DNA of 64,000 nucleotides, taken from Anaerolineae bacterium. GTDB taxonomy: Bacteria; Chloroflexota; Anaerolineae; Anaerolineales; E44-bin32. This document shows positions 10,735-20,511 of this stretch, one piece after another. How positions within the stretch are numbered: position 1 is the first letter of the stretch; each line of letters opens with the position of its first letter. The notes beneath the pieces were generated by a model, which saw only the letters and a list, made by a program, of their open reading frames with translations, was not told the origin of the DNA and did no database searches. The stretch covers positions 10,341 to 74,340 of the forward strand of contig DUET01000087.1 in NCBI GenBank assembly GCA_011192015.1. The letters are read 5' to 3'. The position numbers were made by a program, and so were the translations under genes.

Positions 10735-11191
10735 GCCCCTCTTCTCAGAGCGACTGCAAAGATCCGATCACCATCCACATTCACAGAAGGCCAACGTATC
10801 GAGACCATGTCCTCCCAGAACCTGCCTGGGAGCCCTCGATCACGACCCGATGCATTTCAGGTCTTCCATGGAGGGAGTATTCCTCATCCACACATGATGG
10901 GGAAAAGTGTCTATTATAATACGCGGGCCATTACAATAAGTATGCTTTACTGGTTAATTATGCACTATTATTAATGCATAAGGATTCCTATTGCACAATT
11001 TGATGCGTTCGAGTTACAAATAGTGCGCAGCAGAATGAACGCATCGTACAAGGAGAGTACCCAGATTCTCGATCCTTGCAGCAATTGAAAACTCCATGAG
11101 CGGATTCCTTGGATCCAAAACAGGGCTGTGTAATCAATCGAACGATCTTCAACCGCCATCGTAAGCATGGTTATGAAAGGATCGAACGAAA

Positions 11192-12925
11192 ATGAACCCC
11201 ATCAAGCAGGATTCTGCAGTCGAACTCAATGAAGATTCCCGGTTCTCGATTGTCAATGAAGTGATGGAGCGATTCGATCACCAAGAGCATGCCCTCATCG
11301 AAGTTCTGCTTGCTGCTCAGGAAGCCTATGGATTCATATCCCGAGACGTGATGGAGCATATCTCCCAGGGTCTCAAAGTGCCCTTGAGCAAAGTCTACGG
11401 TGTGGCCACCTTCTATGACTCCCTCCAGGTCGATCAGCCCGCGACTACGGACTGCATCATCTGTACAGGACCTTCCTGCAGCATTGCTGGCGCAGACGAG
11501 ATACTGAAGGAAGTTTGCGATCATGTTCACGTGTCCAAACCCGGTCAAACCAGCAAAGACGGCAAGGTTCGCATCCATCGAGGCTCTTGCTTGGGGTTAT
11601 GCGATCAGGCACCGGCTGCCCTGGTTGATGGCAAAGCCCAAGTTCATATCCAGCCCGGGCAGGCATCGGCCCTCTTGAAGGGAGAACTGCAATCGCCGGG
11701 CACAAGCATACAGGGCGATGTGCGTGAGATCACAGGAGCCATCGGAAAACTGCCGGCAATCGACCTGGATGCCCACGTTGAGGGAGGCGCCTTTGCGGGC
11801 CTGGAAAAGGCCCTTTTCCACATGACGCCCGAACAAGTCATCGCTGAAGTGAAGGAATCGCGCCTCGCAGGTCGTGGCGGCGCCGGATTCCCAACAGGGT
11901 TGAAGTGGGAGCTTGCACGCAAAGCCCAGAGCGAACCGAAGTATTTCGTCTGTAATTTCGACGAGTCGGAACCGGGCACATTCAAAGATCGTGTCATGAT
12001 GGAAGGAGATCCCTATCGTGTGATCGAGGGATTGATGATCGGCGCATATGCAACCAACGCCCATACCGGTTATATCTTCATCCGAGATGAATACCCTGAA
12101 GCCCTGGGGTGCATCGAGGAAGCCGTCAATCAACTATACAGCAATCACATGCTTGGATCACACATCCTCGACTCCGAATACGATCTCGATATCGAAATTC
12201 GCAAGAATGCCGGTGCCTATATCTGCGGCGAAGAAACGGCGCTCTTTGAAGCCATTGAAGGCAAGCGCGGTCTCCCCCGCATGAAACCCCCATACCCGAC
12301 CCAGAATGGGCTGTTCGGTCAACCAACGGCCATCAACAACGTAGAGACACTGGCCATCGTGCCCAGTCTGATCGTCCATGGTGGTGAGTGGTTCCAACAG
12401 TGGGGAACCGAGAAATCGGTTGGACTCAAGTTGTTCTGCTTGAGCGGCCATGTGAACAATCCCTGTTTGATCGAATCGCCTTATGGGCGATCCGTTCGTG
12501 AATTGGTGGAGCACTTTGGCGGTGGTTTCAAGGGTCAACCACAGGCAGTCCTTATTGGTGGTGCCGCAGGAGGCTTTCTCACGCCTGATGAGCTGGATGT
12601 ACCTCTCACCATAGAGAACCTGGCAAAATACGACGTGCCTATCGGCTCGGGCGCCATTGTGGTCTTCAACCAAAGCGTAGATATGTGGAAGATTCTCGAA
12701 CAATTGGCCTCCTTCTTCGTAAACGAGAGTTGTGGCCAATGTGCTCCCTGCCGCATTGGTACGAAACAAATCTACAGGGTGCTCCAGAAGGTCAACAGAG
12801 GTGTGGGATCGGAGACGGAGATCCGGAAGGCGCAGGAATTGGCTGAAACGATTCGAGCTTCCTGTGTTTGCGGGTTGGGAATGACGGCCGCCAATCCCTT
12901 CCTGTCTCATATGCGGAATTCGTAG
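11192..12925 (+). CDS. Fused NuoE-NuoF-like flavoprotein (2Fe-2S + FMN/NADH + 4Fe-4S), paralog of 5519-7756
   Basis: N-terminal NuoE pattern CIICTGPSCSIAG ... GSCLGLCDQAPA. This is followed by NuoF motifs [31 protein letters not shown] and ESCGQCAPCRIG...CGLGMTAANP. Confidence 0.85.
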   Translation: MNPIKQDSAVELNEDSRFSIVNEVMERFDHQEHALIEVLLAAQEAYGFISRDVMEHISQGLKVPLSKVYGVATFYDSLQVDQPATTDCIICTGPSCSIAGADEILKEVCDHVHVSKPGQTSKDGKVRIHRGSCLGLCDQAPAALVDGKAQVHIQPGQASALLKGELQSPGTSIQGDVREITGAIGKLPAIDLDAHVEGGAFAGLEKALFHMTPEQVIAEVKESRLAGRGGAGFPTGLKWELARKAQSEPKYFVCNFDESEPGTFKDRVMMEGDPYRVIEGLMIGAYATNAHTGYIFIRDEYPEALGCIEEAVNQLYSNHMLGSHILDSEYDLDIEIRKNAGAYICGEETALFEAIEGKRGLPRMKPPYPTQNGLFGQPTAINNVETLAIVPSLIVHGGEWFQQWGTEKSVGLKLFCLSGHVNNPCLIESPYGRSVRELVEHFGGGFKGQPQAVLIGGAAGGFLTPDELDVPLTIENLAKYDVPIGSGAIVVFNQSVDMWKILEQLASFFVNESCGQCAPCRIGTKQIYRVLQKVNRGVGSETEIRKAQELAETIRASCVCGLGMTAANPFLSHMRNS

Positions 12926-13039
12926 ACACGCTCTTGACACACGTTCACGGTCAGCCATGAAAACCGGATGCTCTCCATTTACGATGGCATCCAGTTGACA
13001 TAGCTTTCTTTGCGTTCATGATGACTCGTGGTCGTGCAA

Positions 13040-13663
13040 TCAATCCGAAGTTGGGGGAGAGGTGAACGAATGGCTGTTGATGTACTTTACACCATCCTGC
13101 GGTGTGGACAGCACGATCAGCACTTCCGCCTCTTCCAGGCCGCTGTTCTGAAATCCGTGCTCGAGATAGGCATTGAACAGCAGGCTGTCGCCTGGATTCA
13201 GCACAAACGTCTCGTCACCGACCTTGTATAAGATCTCCCCCCGTATACAGAAGACGAAATCCTGCCCATCATGCGAAACCACATGTCCGCTGCGCGCTCC
13301 CGGTTCGATGCGCAGGAAAAGGGGCGTCACGAATTGTTCGATCAATCCAATGCCCAAATCTGCGAGCACGCATCCCGACAACAACAGACTCGGGCGTTGT
13401 CCGGATTTCGTGAAAATAATTTGAGTCCTATCCTGCGTTCCGAAAAAGGCATTAATGTCGACCCCCAACGCTACAGCAAGACGTTTGAGCGTGCTGACTG
13501 TGGGAGAGCTTAGCCCGCGCTCGATGAGGCTCAGGGTGTTTCGACTGAGCCCGCTCAAATCCGCTACCGCCTGTTGAGAGAGCCTTTTTCGCTCTCTCAA
13601 GCCCCGGATCTTCCGTCCAACATTTACGGTCGTCTGTTGGATCTGCTTCTCGTCTTGTGTCAT
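13040..13663 (-). CDS. XRE-family HTH transcriptional regulator with C-terminal cupin domain
   Basis: ORF 13040-13723; preferred start MTQDEKQ at 13663. HTH block LRERKRLSQQAVADLSGLSRNTLSLIERG. The C-terminal cupin-like region contains HDGQDFVFCIRGEILYKVGDE...GDSLLFNAYLEHGFQN. Confidence 0.75.
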   Translation of the reverse strand: MTQDEKQIQQTTVNVGRKIRGLRERKRLSQQAVADLSGLSRNTLSLIERGLSSPTVSTLKRLAVALGVDINAFFGTQDRTQIIFTKSGQRPSLLLSGCVLADLGIGLIEQFVTPLFLRIEPGARSGHVVSHDGQDFVFCIRGEILYKVGDETFVLNPGDSLLFNAYLEHGFQNSGLEEAEVLIVLSTPQDGVKYINSHSFTSPPTSD

Positions 13664-13957
13664 ATGAATCCTTCTTCTGTGTACGATAATCCGCATATCA
13701 TCCACAAAGCAGATAAAGCTCAAAATGATTCATTCAGAGATGATATGCGTTGTGAAGTGATGCCCAGAGAGCTGTTCCCACCTTATTCCATTGCAATCAT
13801 TTTGTGCCCACCAACATTGATTTTCACAAGATACTATGCAATGGAGCTAACAATAATAGCATACCGGGAATCATTTGTCCAATGCCGAGAAGTTTACGAC
13901 ACGAATGGAGAAGAATTCCTCAGAAGAGGAAATCATCTTCCTGCAAAAAAAGGGGGC

Positions 13958-14902
13958 TTACTCAGCGCTTGTGCCGTTGTTATCGTTCGAGAAGGTCAAT
14001 CGGTGTGCGTGCGTGAAAGCACGCAATCTCCCCTGGCGTGCGTACCCCACCAAGGTAATCCCGGCCGCTTCAGCTAACCTTACGGACAGTGATGTAGGGG
14101 AATTCCGTGAAGCGATGATCGAGCAACCCATCGCAACCCCCTTCCGCAGCATCTCTGAAGAAACACGCCCGGTGGTCAACAAGATGAGCCCGCGAGTATC
14201 CAATCCATCCACCAAGCAAGCGCCTGCGAGCTTATCGATCGTATTGTGCCGACCCACATCTTCGGCGATGACCAGCAAACGTTCTCCGTTTGTCAATCCA
14301 GCCGTGTGGACGCCGCGAGCGCGCGCATGCAAACTCCCGGGGATGTGCAGACGATTGAAGAGCGAGATCAACTTCTCGGGCGCTATCTGCAGGCCGTCCT
14401 GCATGGATTCGAGATCGCCCAAGGGATCAAGGAAAGTCACACCACTTCCGCAACCGGAGGTGATGATCCGGCGATTCGGATGCTGAATGGCATGCGTGAG
14501 CCATATGTCGACACAGCATCCATTACCCCCGATGTGAACATGATCGACCTCTGTTAGATGTTCGATGAAGCCCTCATTCTTCAGAAAACCCAATCCCAGA
14601 TGATCCAATTTCTGAGGCGTACACATCATCGTGGCCAGCTCGAGGCCATTCACGTAGATGGTGACCATTTCCTCGCCGATGATCTCGCCGGTCTTTCGTC
14701 GCCATCCCTGATGGTATTCGTTCCATTCGGTTTCGACTGAGCCTGCATCCATCATGCCCGCCTGCGCATTCACACTTTCGTCTTTTCCCGTTACCAGGAG
14801 CGAATCTTCTTCACCAGGTCCACCTTTAGTGAGGCATGCTTGAGTGGTGAAATCGTTCAACAGGATTGCGTTCGTTTGCATGGAAGTGATGCATGGGACC
14901 AT
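13958..14902 (-). CDS. fdhD: Formate dehydrogenase accessory sulfurtransferase FdhD
   Basis: Contains VGRHNTIDKLAG (FdhD GRHN-x-DK signature) and the TSGCGSG loop at the position of the SSCGVCG motif; only one Cys is retained. The start is uncertain (M1 at 14902, M8, or M50 at 14755). Confidence 0.75.
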   Translation of the reverse strand: MVPCITSMQTNAILLNDFTTQACLTKGGPGEEDSLLVTGKDESVNAQAGMMDAGSVETEWNEYHQGWRRKTGEIIGEEMVTIYVNGLELATMMCTPQKLDHLGLGFLKNEGFIEHLTEVDHVHIGGNGCCVDIWLTHAIQHPNRRIITSGCGSGVTFLDPLGDLESMQDGLQIAPEKLISLFNRLHIPGSLHARARGVHTAGLTNGERLLVIAEDVGRHNTIDKLAGACLVDGLDTRGLILLTTGRVSSEMLRKGVAMGCSIIASRNSPTSLSVRLAEAAGITLVGYARQGRLRAFTHAHRLTFSNDNNGTSAE

Positions 14903-15044
14903 CCAAGCTGCCGCAGAAATCAGACCTGAGAGCCATTTCGAGTATTATATCTTCCTCCGGATGAGTATCGCAGAGCCACAATCACGCATCGCGGCACTCA
15001 CCAGGTTTGGGCACGCCATTACAATGTTGTTGAGGAAGCGAGGC

Positions 15045-16175
15045 ATGCAAATCCTGACGGTCGACATCGGCACAGGCACGCAAGATTTCTACCTCTTCCA
15101 ATCCGGTGTCGCGTTGGAAAACGGCTTCAAAATGGTTGCCCCATCTCCGACCATGGTTGTGAGTCGCAAGATCCGGGCGGCCACTTCACGCGGCGAGGAT
15201 CTTCTCCTCACCGGCGTCACCATGGGGGGAGGCCCCATAACCTGGGCGGCGGATGCCCACCTACAAGCTGGATACAAGATCTTCGCTACGCCTGATGCCG
15301 CGCGAACGTTCAACGACGATCTTGAGCTGGTCCGACGCAAGATGGGCGTCGAGATCGTCAGCCGCGATGAGGCCGAGAGTCTCGATGCACACCGTCTCGA
15401 GTTAAAGGACTTCGATTATCCCACCATCCTCGAAGCATTTTCGGTGCTGGGCGTCCAAATCGATCCGCAGGCGGTTGCAGTTGGTGTATTCGATCACGGC
15501 GCAGCGCCCCCGGATGTCTCCGACCGGCAGTTTCGCTTCGACTATCTCAAAGCTCGGATCCAAGCCAAGAATCGCCTCTCCGCCTTCGCCTATCCCGCAG
15601 CCGATTTGCCACCCTTCCTGACACGCATGCATGCCGTTGTTCAAAGCGCTGCCAATCCCGATTGCCCCTTGATTGTGATGGATACCGCGCCGGCTGCGGT
15701 TCTGGGAGCCCTGCTCGATCCTCACGTACGCTCCTTGCGGCGCGTCTTGATCGCCAATATCGGCAATCTCCACACGCTTGCTTTTCGCATGGAATCGGCA
15801 TCCATCGAGGGAGTCTTCGAGCACCACACCGGCTTGATCGATCGCACGCGCCTGGAAGCACATCTCATCGCCTTTGCCGAGGGCACGATCAAGCATGAAG
15901 ATGTCTTTGCCGAGCATGGTCATGGGGCGCTGATCCTGCAGCCGGAACCGCTTTCCCTGAAGGGTGGCCTTGCCGTCACCGGACCGCGGCGGGACCTGCT
16001 TCGAGGTTCGATTCTCAATCCGCAATATGCCGTTCCCTTTGGAGACATGATGCTTTCGGGATGCTTCGGGTTGCTTTCGGCCTGCGCGGATCTGCTTCCC
16101 GATCTCGCGGAACCCATCCACGGCGCGATGCGTGGTGATTTTTCCCACATCTCCCCATGGGATGTTGATCCCTGA
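15045..16175 (+). CDS. DUF1786-like (ASKHA/actin-fold, annotated elsewhere as putative pyruvate formate-lyase activating enzyme) protein
   Basis: ORF 14844-16175; preferred ATG 15045 gives MQILTVDIGTGTQDFYLF, a phosphate-1-like DxGxGTxD motif at the N-terminus. The family name is recalled from memory and not searched. Confidence 0.5.
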   Translation: MQILTVDIGTGTQDFYLFQSGVALENGFKMVAPSPTMVVSRKIRAATSRGEDLLLTGVTMGGGPITWAADAHLQAGYKIFATPDAARTFNDDLELVRRKMGVEIVSRDEAESLDAHRLELKDFDYPTILEAFSVLGVQIDPQAVAVGVFDHGAAPPDVSDRQFRFDYLKARIQAKNRLSAFAYPAADLPPFLTRMHAVVQSAANPDCPLIVMDTAPAAVLGALLDPHVRSLRRVLIANIGNLHTLAFRMESASIEGVFEHHTGLIDRTRLEAHLIAFAEGTIKHEDVFAEHGHGALILQPEPLSLKGGLAVTGPRRDLLRGSILNPQYAVPFGDMMLSGCFGLLSACADLLPDLAEPIHGAMRGDFSHISPWDVDP

Positions 16176-16255
16176 TTCGCACCCGGAAACTGAACGCTTA
16201 ATCCAGGAAGCTTGCCGCGGCATCCTGATCGATCGTTTGAAGGAACACACGGCCA

Positions 16256-19243
16256 TCAGGGGATGACTTCGATTGTGAGGCCATTGATCTGCGTCAGATT
16301 GCCCGCCAGGTCATAGGCGCGCACGGAAATCTCATGCTCGCCCATGCCTGCGATTCGCCATGAGGTTGTAAAGGGAGGATTCTCAAGCGTTTTTATCCTG
16401 CGTTCGTCAACGTAGATCATGACACGCGCCAAACCAGTGTCATCCGCAACCACCACCTGGATGATGACTTCATCATCCAATCCCAATCGGTATTGCTGCC
16501 CCTGCTGGGGAGCGATCCATTCAATTTCCGGCGCAAGATTGTCAAGTGTCACAGGCACGGCCGTCGATTCCACACGATCACCCTCACGAATGACAACGAG
16601 TTGTAAAGTGTGCAGTCCATTGAGGTCGGATGTATCCCATAGCCCAAGAACGCCGTCCCAAACGGGCTCATCCAAATCCTCACCAATTTGGACCCAACGC
16701 GTGGGATTGATGCCCTCTCCGTATTTGAGACGGTAGTACAGGAAATCCTCCGGGTGGGCATTCCCTTCAATGCTCAGCACACCCTTCGCATATGAAAACG
16801 GCTCCAGCGACGTGATGTTTACATCGGGATCAAAAGATGGTTGGACGTAAATCGAATCGTACTCCTGGGGAGGTTGCGCTATTCCCATGTATTCAGCCCA
16901 CGCTTTGGCTTCTTGCGGAAGCACCATGAACACCCGCTCTTCCACCAATTCCAGAGGTGTGAATAGCGTCGCCAATTTGCCGGTATCTCGATTGATCCTG
17001 AAGGGTTGGTAGAGCGTGTCGTAGGATGTGGGTTCCGTTCCATGGATGTAGACTTCACGCACCACATTGGGGCAGTAACTCGTGGGCAGTAAACCAGAAG
17101 GATCACAAACTTCCATCTCGCTTACGCCGGGAGGCATCGACCAGCCTTGAGTGGGGAGATCCATCGTAGCGTGAACCATGAGAGCATGCCAGAGTGGAGC
17201 AGCTCCATTCAGCGCGCCAACGCCCACCATGTTTTCATCGGTGGTGTTTCCGATCCACACACCGACGGCACGCGTTGGTGTAAAACCAAGAGCCCAATTG
17301 TCACTCGCGGTGCTCGTCGTGCCGATCATCGCTCCCGCAGGACGACCGATCTCCAATGGGTTGGATTGCCCGAGTGTATCCCAACGAGCGACCTCATCAC
17401 TGAGCACATCGGCCATCAAATATGCCAGCTGGGGGCTGAGGACCGCACGAACTTCGGGGTTCGCAGCATAGATCACTTTCCCGCTCGCATCTTCGATCAA
17501 GGTAATAGCAATTGGATTGCGAGTCTGTGAGACGGCGTCTGCATCGCTGTTTGAAAGGTCGACTCCGATCATGCTTCCATTATTTGCGATGACTGCATAG
17601 GCGTAAATCACATCCATCAAACTGGCTTCTGTTTCACCCTGCAGCAACGCGTTTGGATCGTAAGTCTCGGGGGCATTCATGTTGATGATGCCCATCTGCT
17701 GCCCCGTTCGCAAGACATTCCCCTCTCCCGCCAACTCGATCGTACGCAAGGCTGCAGCTCGATAAGCCCCCACCAAAGCTGTTCGCATGCGTGCCGGACC
17801 ATGGAAATCGGTCCAGTCGTAGGAATATTGGGCGGCAGTTTCTCCCACCCCATCATCCAATTCCAATGGCAAATCCATGACCATCGTTCCTGGAGCAAAA
17901 CCTCTGGAGAAAGCCGAGAGAAAGATGAAGGGATAGAAAGCCGACCCTAAATCCCGTTCCACATTCGATCCAAGCAAGGTCGCAGAATGGGATGAGAGCC
18001 TTGCCTGGGTATCCACCATGCTCAGGATCTCTCCACGGAAGGGATCGAGAATTATGGAGGCAATGTCGCTGACGTGGTGGTCCAGCCCCACATCGCTCGG
18101 GCGGAGAGGGGGCAGTTCCAGACCCGCTTCGCACTCCGAACCATCCGATGCGGGTTGCACCTGCGGTGAGCTATCGCCCTTTAAACGTGCCAGATGCGTT
18201 CGCAGCGCGCAATCCGCTTGAAGTTGCAGATCGAGATCCAGGGTGGTTCGAACCTGCATTCCGGGCCGATGTACAAACTGAGGCCCCATGATGGCCAGCA
18301 TCTGTTCCCAGGCATAGACCATGAAACCTGAAGTCCGCAAGCCATTACGCACTTCCGCGGGATCTCGCAGATTGATCGGTTGATCCATGGCTGCATTCAC
18401 TTCACCCTCATCCAGGTAACCCAGGCGCAGCATTTCCTGAAGTACTTCGATTTGCCGTTGGCGTGCCTCCTGATATGCATCCATAGGATTGAGTTCCGGC
18501 GCTTGAACAACAGGCGCCAGCATGGCAGCCTGCGCCACGGATAGTTCAGCAGCCGTCACGCCGAAATAAACTCGCGCCGCTGCATCGATTCCATAGGCCA
18601 GGTTGCCGTAATTGGCGCTGTTCAGATACCACTCCAGAATCTGTTCTTTGGAAAAAGCATCGTTCAGCCGCGAAGCCAGGATCGCGCTCCTCAGATAACG
18701 AGCCATCGGGGACAGGCTCGTATCTTCGATAGGTTGAAGCACGGATTGCACAAGCTGCTGGCTGATGGTTCCCCTGCGATTATCGAAGCCGCCTTCAACA
18801 TCCTCCCCCTTTAATACTTGAAGAAGATCGTTGAACTCAAATCCGGGATTGGTCCAGAAACCGGGATCTTGCGCCGCGATCGTGGCCGAAACGACGAATT
18901 CCGGAACGCCCGAACTGGTTGCAGCATCAACGCTCAGCCAAAGACGATCCGCTGCCAAGGGATGGATCCATGCCTGGAAGACGACCTCACCCGTGCGATC
19001 ATAGAATTGCGTGGGAGCAGGGGATGTATTTGCAGCCGTCTCAAAGATGGTTGGCAGTTCCTCTATCGCCGGCAGGCCCCGCTGGAGTTCAGCATAGCCG
19101 ATGGATACACCCAAACCCACCAACACCAGGATCGTGATGAGCGCGGCGAGCGCGATCACAGAAGCACGACCAAGATTCTGCAATCTCCGCTGCTTATCCC
19201 TATGCCGCTTTCGCATGCGGCGAACTTCAACGATTGAAGGCAT
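16256..19243 (-). CDS. Class-A penicillin-binding-protein homolog (GT51 + transpeptidase folds, motifs degenerate) with C-terminal Ig-like repeats
   Basis: 995 aa with an N-terminal TM helix. GT51-like blocks AAQDPGFWTNPG, RGTISQQLV, SKEQILEWYLN. Transpeptidase-like blocks GSAFYPFIF, GAMIGTTSTASDNWALGFTP, VWIGN. The C-terminal beta-rich region is about 250 aa. Confidence 0.75.
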   Translation of the reverse strand: MPSIVEVRRMRKRHRDKQRRLQNLGRASVIALAALITILVLVGLGVSIGYAELQRGLPAIEELPTIFETAANTSPAPTQFYDRTGEVVFQAWIHPLAADRLWLSVDAATSSGVPEFVVSATIAAQDPGFWTNPGFEFNDLLQVLKGEDVEGGFDNRRGTISQQLVQSVLQPIEDTSLSPMARYLRSAILASRLNDAFSKEQILEWYLNSANYGNLAYGIDAAARVYFGVTAAELSVAQAAMLAPVVQAPELNPMDAYQEARQRQIEVLQEMLRLGYLDEGEVNAAMDQPINLRDPAEVRNGLRTSGFMVYAWEQMLAIMGPQFVHRPGMQVRTTLDLDLQLQADCALRTHLARLKGDSSPQVQPASDGSECEAGLELPPLRPSDVGLDHHVSDIASIILDPFRGEILSMVDTQARLSSHSATLLGSNVERDLGSAFYPFIFLSAFSRGFAPGTMVMDLPLELDDGVGETAAQYSYDWTDFHGPARMRTALVGAYRAAALRTIELAGEGNVLRTGQQMGIINMNAPETYDPNALLQGETEASLMDVIYAYAVIANNGSMIGVDLSNSDADAVSQTRNPIAITLIEDASGKVIYAANPEVRAVLSPQLAYLMADVLSDEVARWDTLGQSNPLEIGRPAGAMIGTTSTASDNWALGFTPTRAVGVWIGNTTDENMVGVGALNGAAPLWHALMVHATMDLPTQGWSMPPGVSEMEVCDPSGLLPTSYCPNVVREVYIHGTEPTSYDTLYQPFRINRDTGKLATLFTPLELVEERVFMVLPQEAKAWAEYMGIAQPPQEYDSIYVQPSFDPDVNITSLEPFSYAKGVLSIEGNAHPEDFLYYRLKYGEGINPTRWVQIGEDLDEPVWDGVLGLWDTSDLNGLHTLQLVVIREGDRVESTAVPVTLDNLAPEIEWIAPQQGQQYRLGLDDEVIIQVVVADDTGLARVMIYVDERRIKTLENPPFTTSWRIAGMGEHEISVRAYDLAGNLTQINGLTIEVIP

Positions 19244-19459
19244 GGTCAGATTCTACCCTTTTGTTGCTGTAGGCTATAATCTGTGCAAGACATGTGCCCA
19301 TCCCAAGATCCGAAGTTCACGCGGATGAATTCCCTCTCAGTATCCTCCATCAGCATCAAGACATGCAAATGGGGCCGGGAGGATAATCATGGTTTGGAAA
19401 GTCCACTTTCCAATCGCCAGCTTCTTCCGGGCAGTGTAATCTAGAGAGAGACCTCAGCC

Positions 19460-20359
19460 GTGAAATCCCGGGTTGGGTTCTTCAAGCTGTTGCAGATGGT
19501 TTTCCATCCAGCGGCTTCGATCGGGGGGAAATTCCTTCGAAAGGCACTCAATCTGATACCACAGGATTATCACGTTCACACCATACATTCCTGCGATAGT
19601 CAGGCGACGATGTCTGAGATGTGCCGCGCGGCCCTCGCAAAAGGCATCCCCGAAATCGGCTTCAGCGACCACTTCGACCTGATACCCGAGGATCCCTGTT
19701 ACGCCTTCTTCAAGGCGGACGCCTGGTGGCAGGATCTGGAACGCTGCCGAGAAGAATATGCCGGCGCGCTGCGGATCAAAGCCGGCATTGAGATCGGCGA
19801 ACCGCACCGCTTTCCGGAGGCCGTGAGCGAGTTGATCAACAACCACGCCTGGGATTTCATCATCGGTTCCCTACACTGGGTTGGAGATACGTTGGTCTTC
19901 GATCAGGATTACTATCTTCGCCCTCAGCAACAAGCCTATAGGGATTACTTTCAAGAGTTGCACCAGGTTGCACGCCTGAACACAGTCAGCATTCTTGGAC
20001 ACATGGATATCGTAAAACGCTATGGTTTCGACCACTACGGCCGCTTTGATCCCAAGCCTTACGAGCGCGAACTGCGCCCTTTGCTTCGATCCTGCGCGGA
20101 TTCCGGCATGGCCCTGGAAGTCAACACAAGCACTTTGCGCCGTCCGGTCAAGGAGCCATCACCCAACACGACGATCCTCCGCTGGTTCCGGGAGGAGGGT
20201 GGGCATTGGGTCACCGTGGGATCGGATGCTCATCAGCCCGAGGATGTGGGTTTCGAACTTGAGAAAGCGATAGAATGTGTCAGGAGCGTCGGCTTCGAAA
20301 CACTCACCGGATTCGAACGACTCTCTCCATATCCGATTCCTCTTCCTGCGAAAAGCTAG
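19460..20359 (+). CDS. PHP-family histidinol-phosphatase-like hydrolase
   Basis: DYHVHTIHSCDS N-terminal PHP motif, then GSLHWV, LGHMD and GSDAH blocks. GTG 19460 or ATG 19496 is the start. Confidence 0.7.
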   Translation: MKSRVGFFKLLQMVFHPAASIGGKFLRKALNLIPQDYHVHTIHSCDSQATMSEMCRAALAKGIPEIGFSDHFDLIPEDPCYAFFKADAWWQDLERCREEYAGALRIKAGIEIGEPHRFPEAVSELINNHAWDFIIGSLHWVGDTLVFDQDYYLRPQQQAYRDYFQELHQVARLNTVSILGHMDIVKRYGFDHYGRFDPKPYERELRPLLRSCADSGMALEVNTSTLRRPVKEPSPNTTILRWFREEGGHWVTVGSDAHQPEDVGFELEKAIECVRSVGFETLTGFERLSPYPIPLPAKS

Positions 20360-20511
20360 GGTATCTGTGCTTGTTCCCTGAAAGGGAATCCCGGCATCGA
20401 GAAGGGCGCTCCCCAGCTGACAATCGAAACAATCAACGCGTTACGCGCCATGTCTGATCCGGTCATCCACTTGGGAAACGCCCTGAACACCTCTGTGTGG
20501 ATGGCCCCAGA

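Noticed and set aside
12158-12958. 266-aa minus-strand ORF
   Set aside because: It is antisense to the NuoF part of the fused NuoE-NuoF gene, which has canonical FMN and 4Fe-4S motifs.
13875-14486. 203-aa plus-strand ORF
   Set aside because: It is antisense to fdhD (GRHNTIDK signature on the minus strand).
15402-16256. 284-aa minus-strand ORF
   Set aside because: It is antisense to the DUF1786-like gene. The plus-strand product has the DxGxGTxD N-terminal motif and better protein-like composition.
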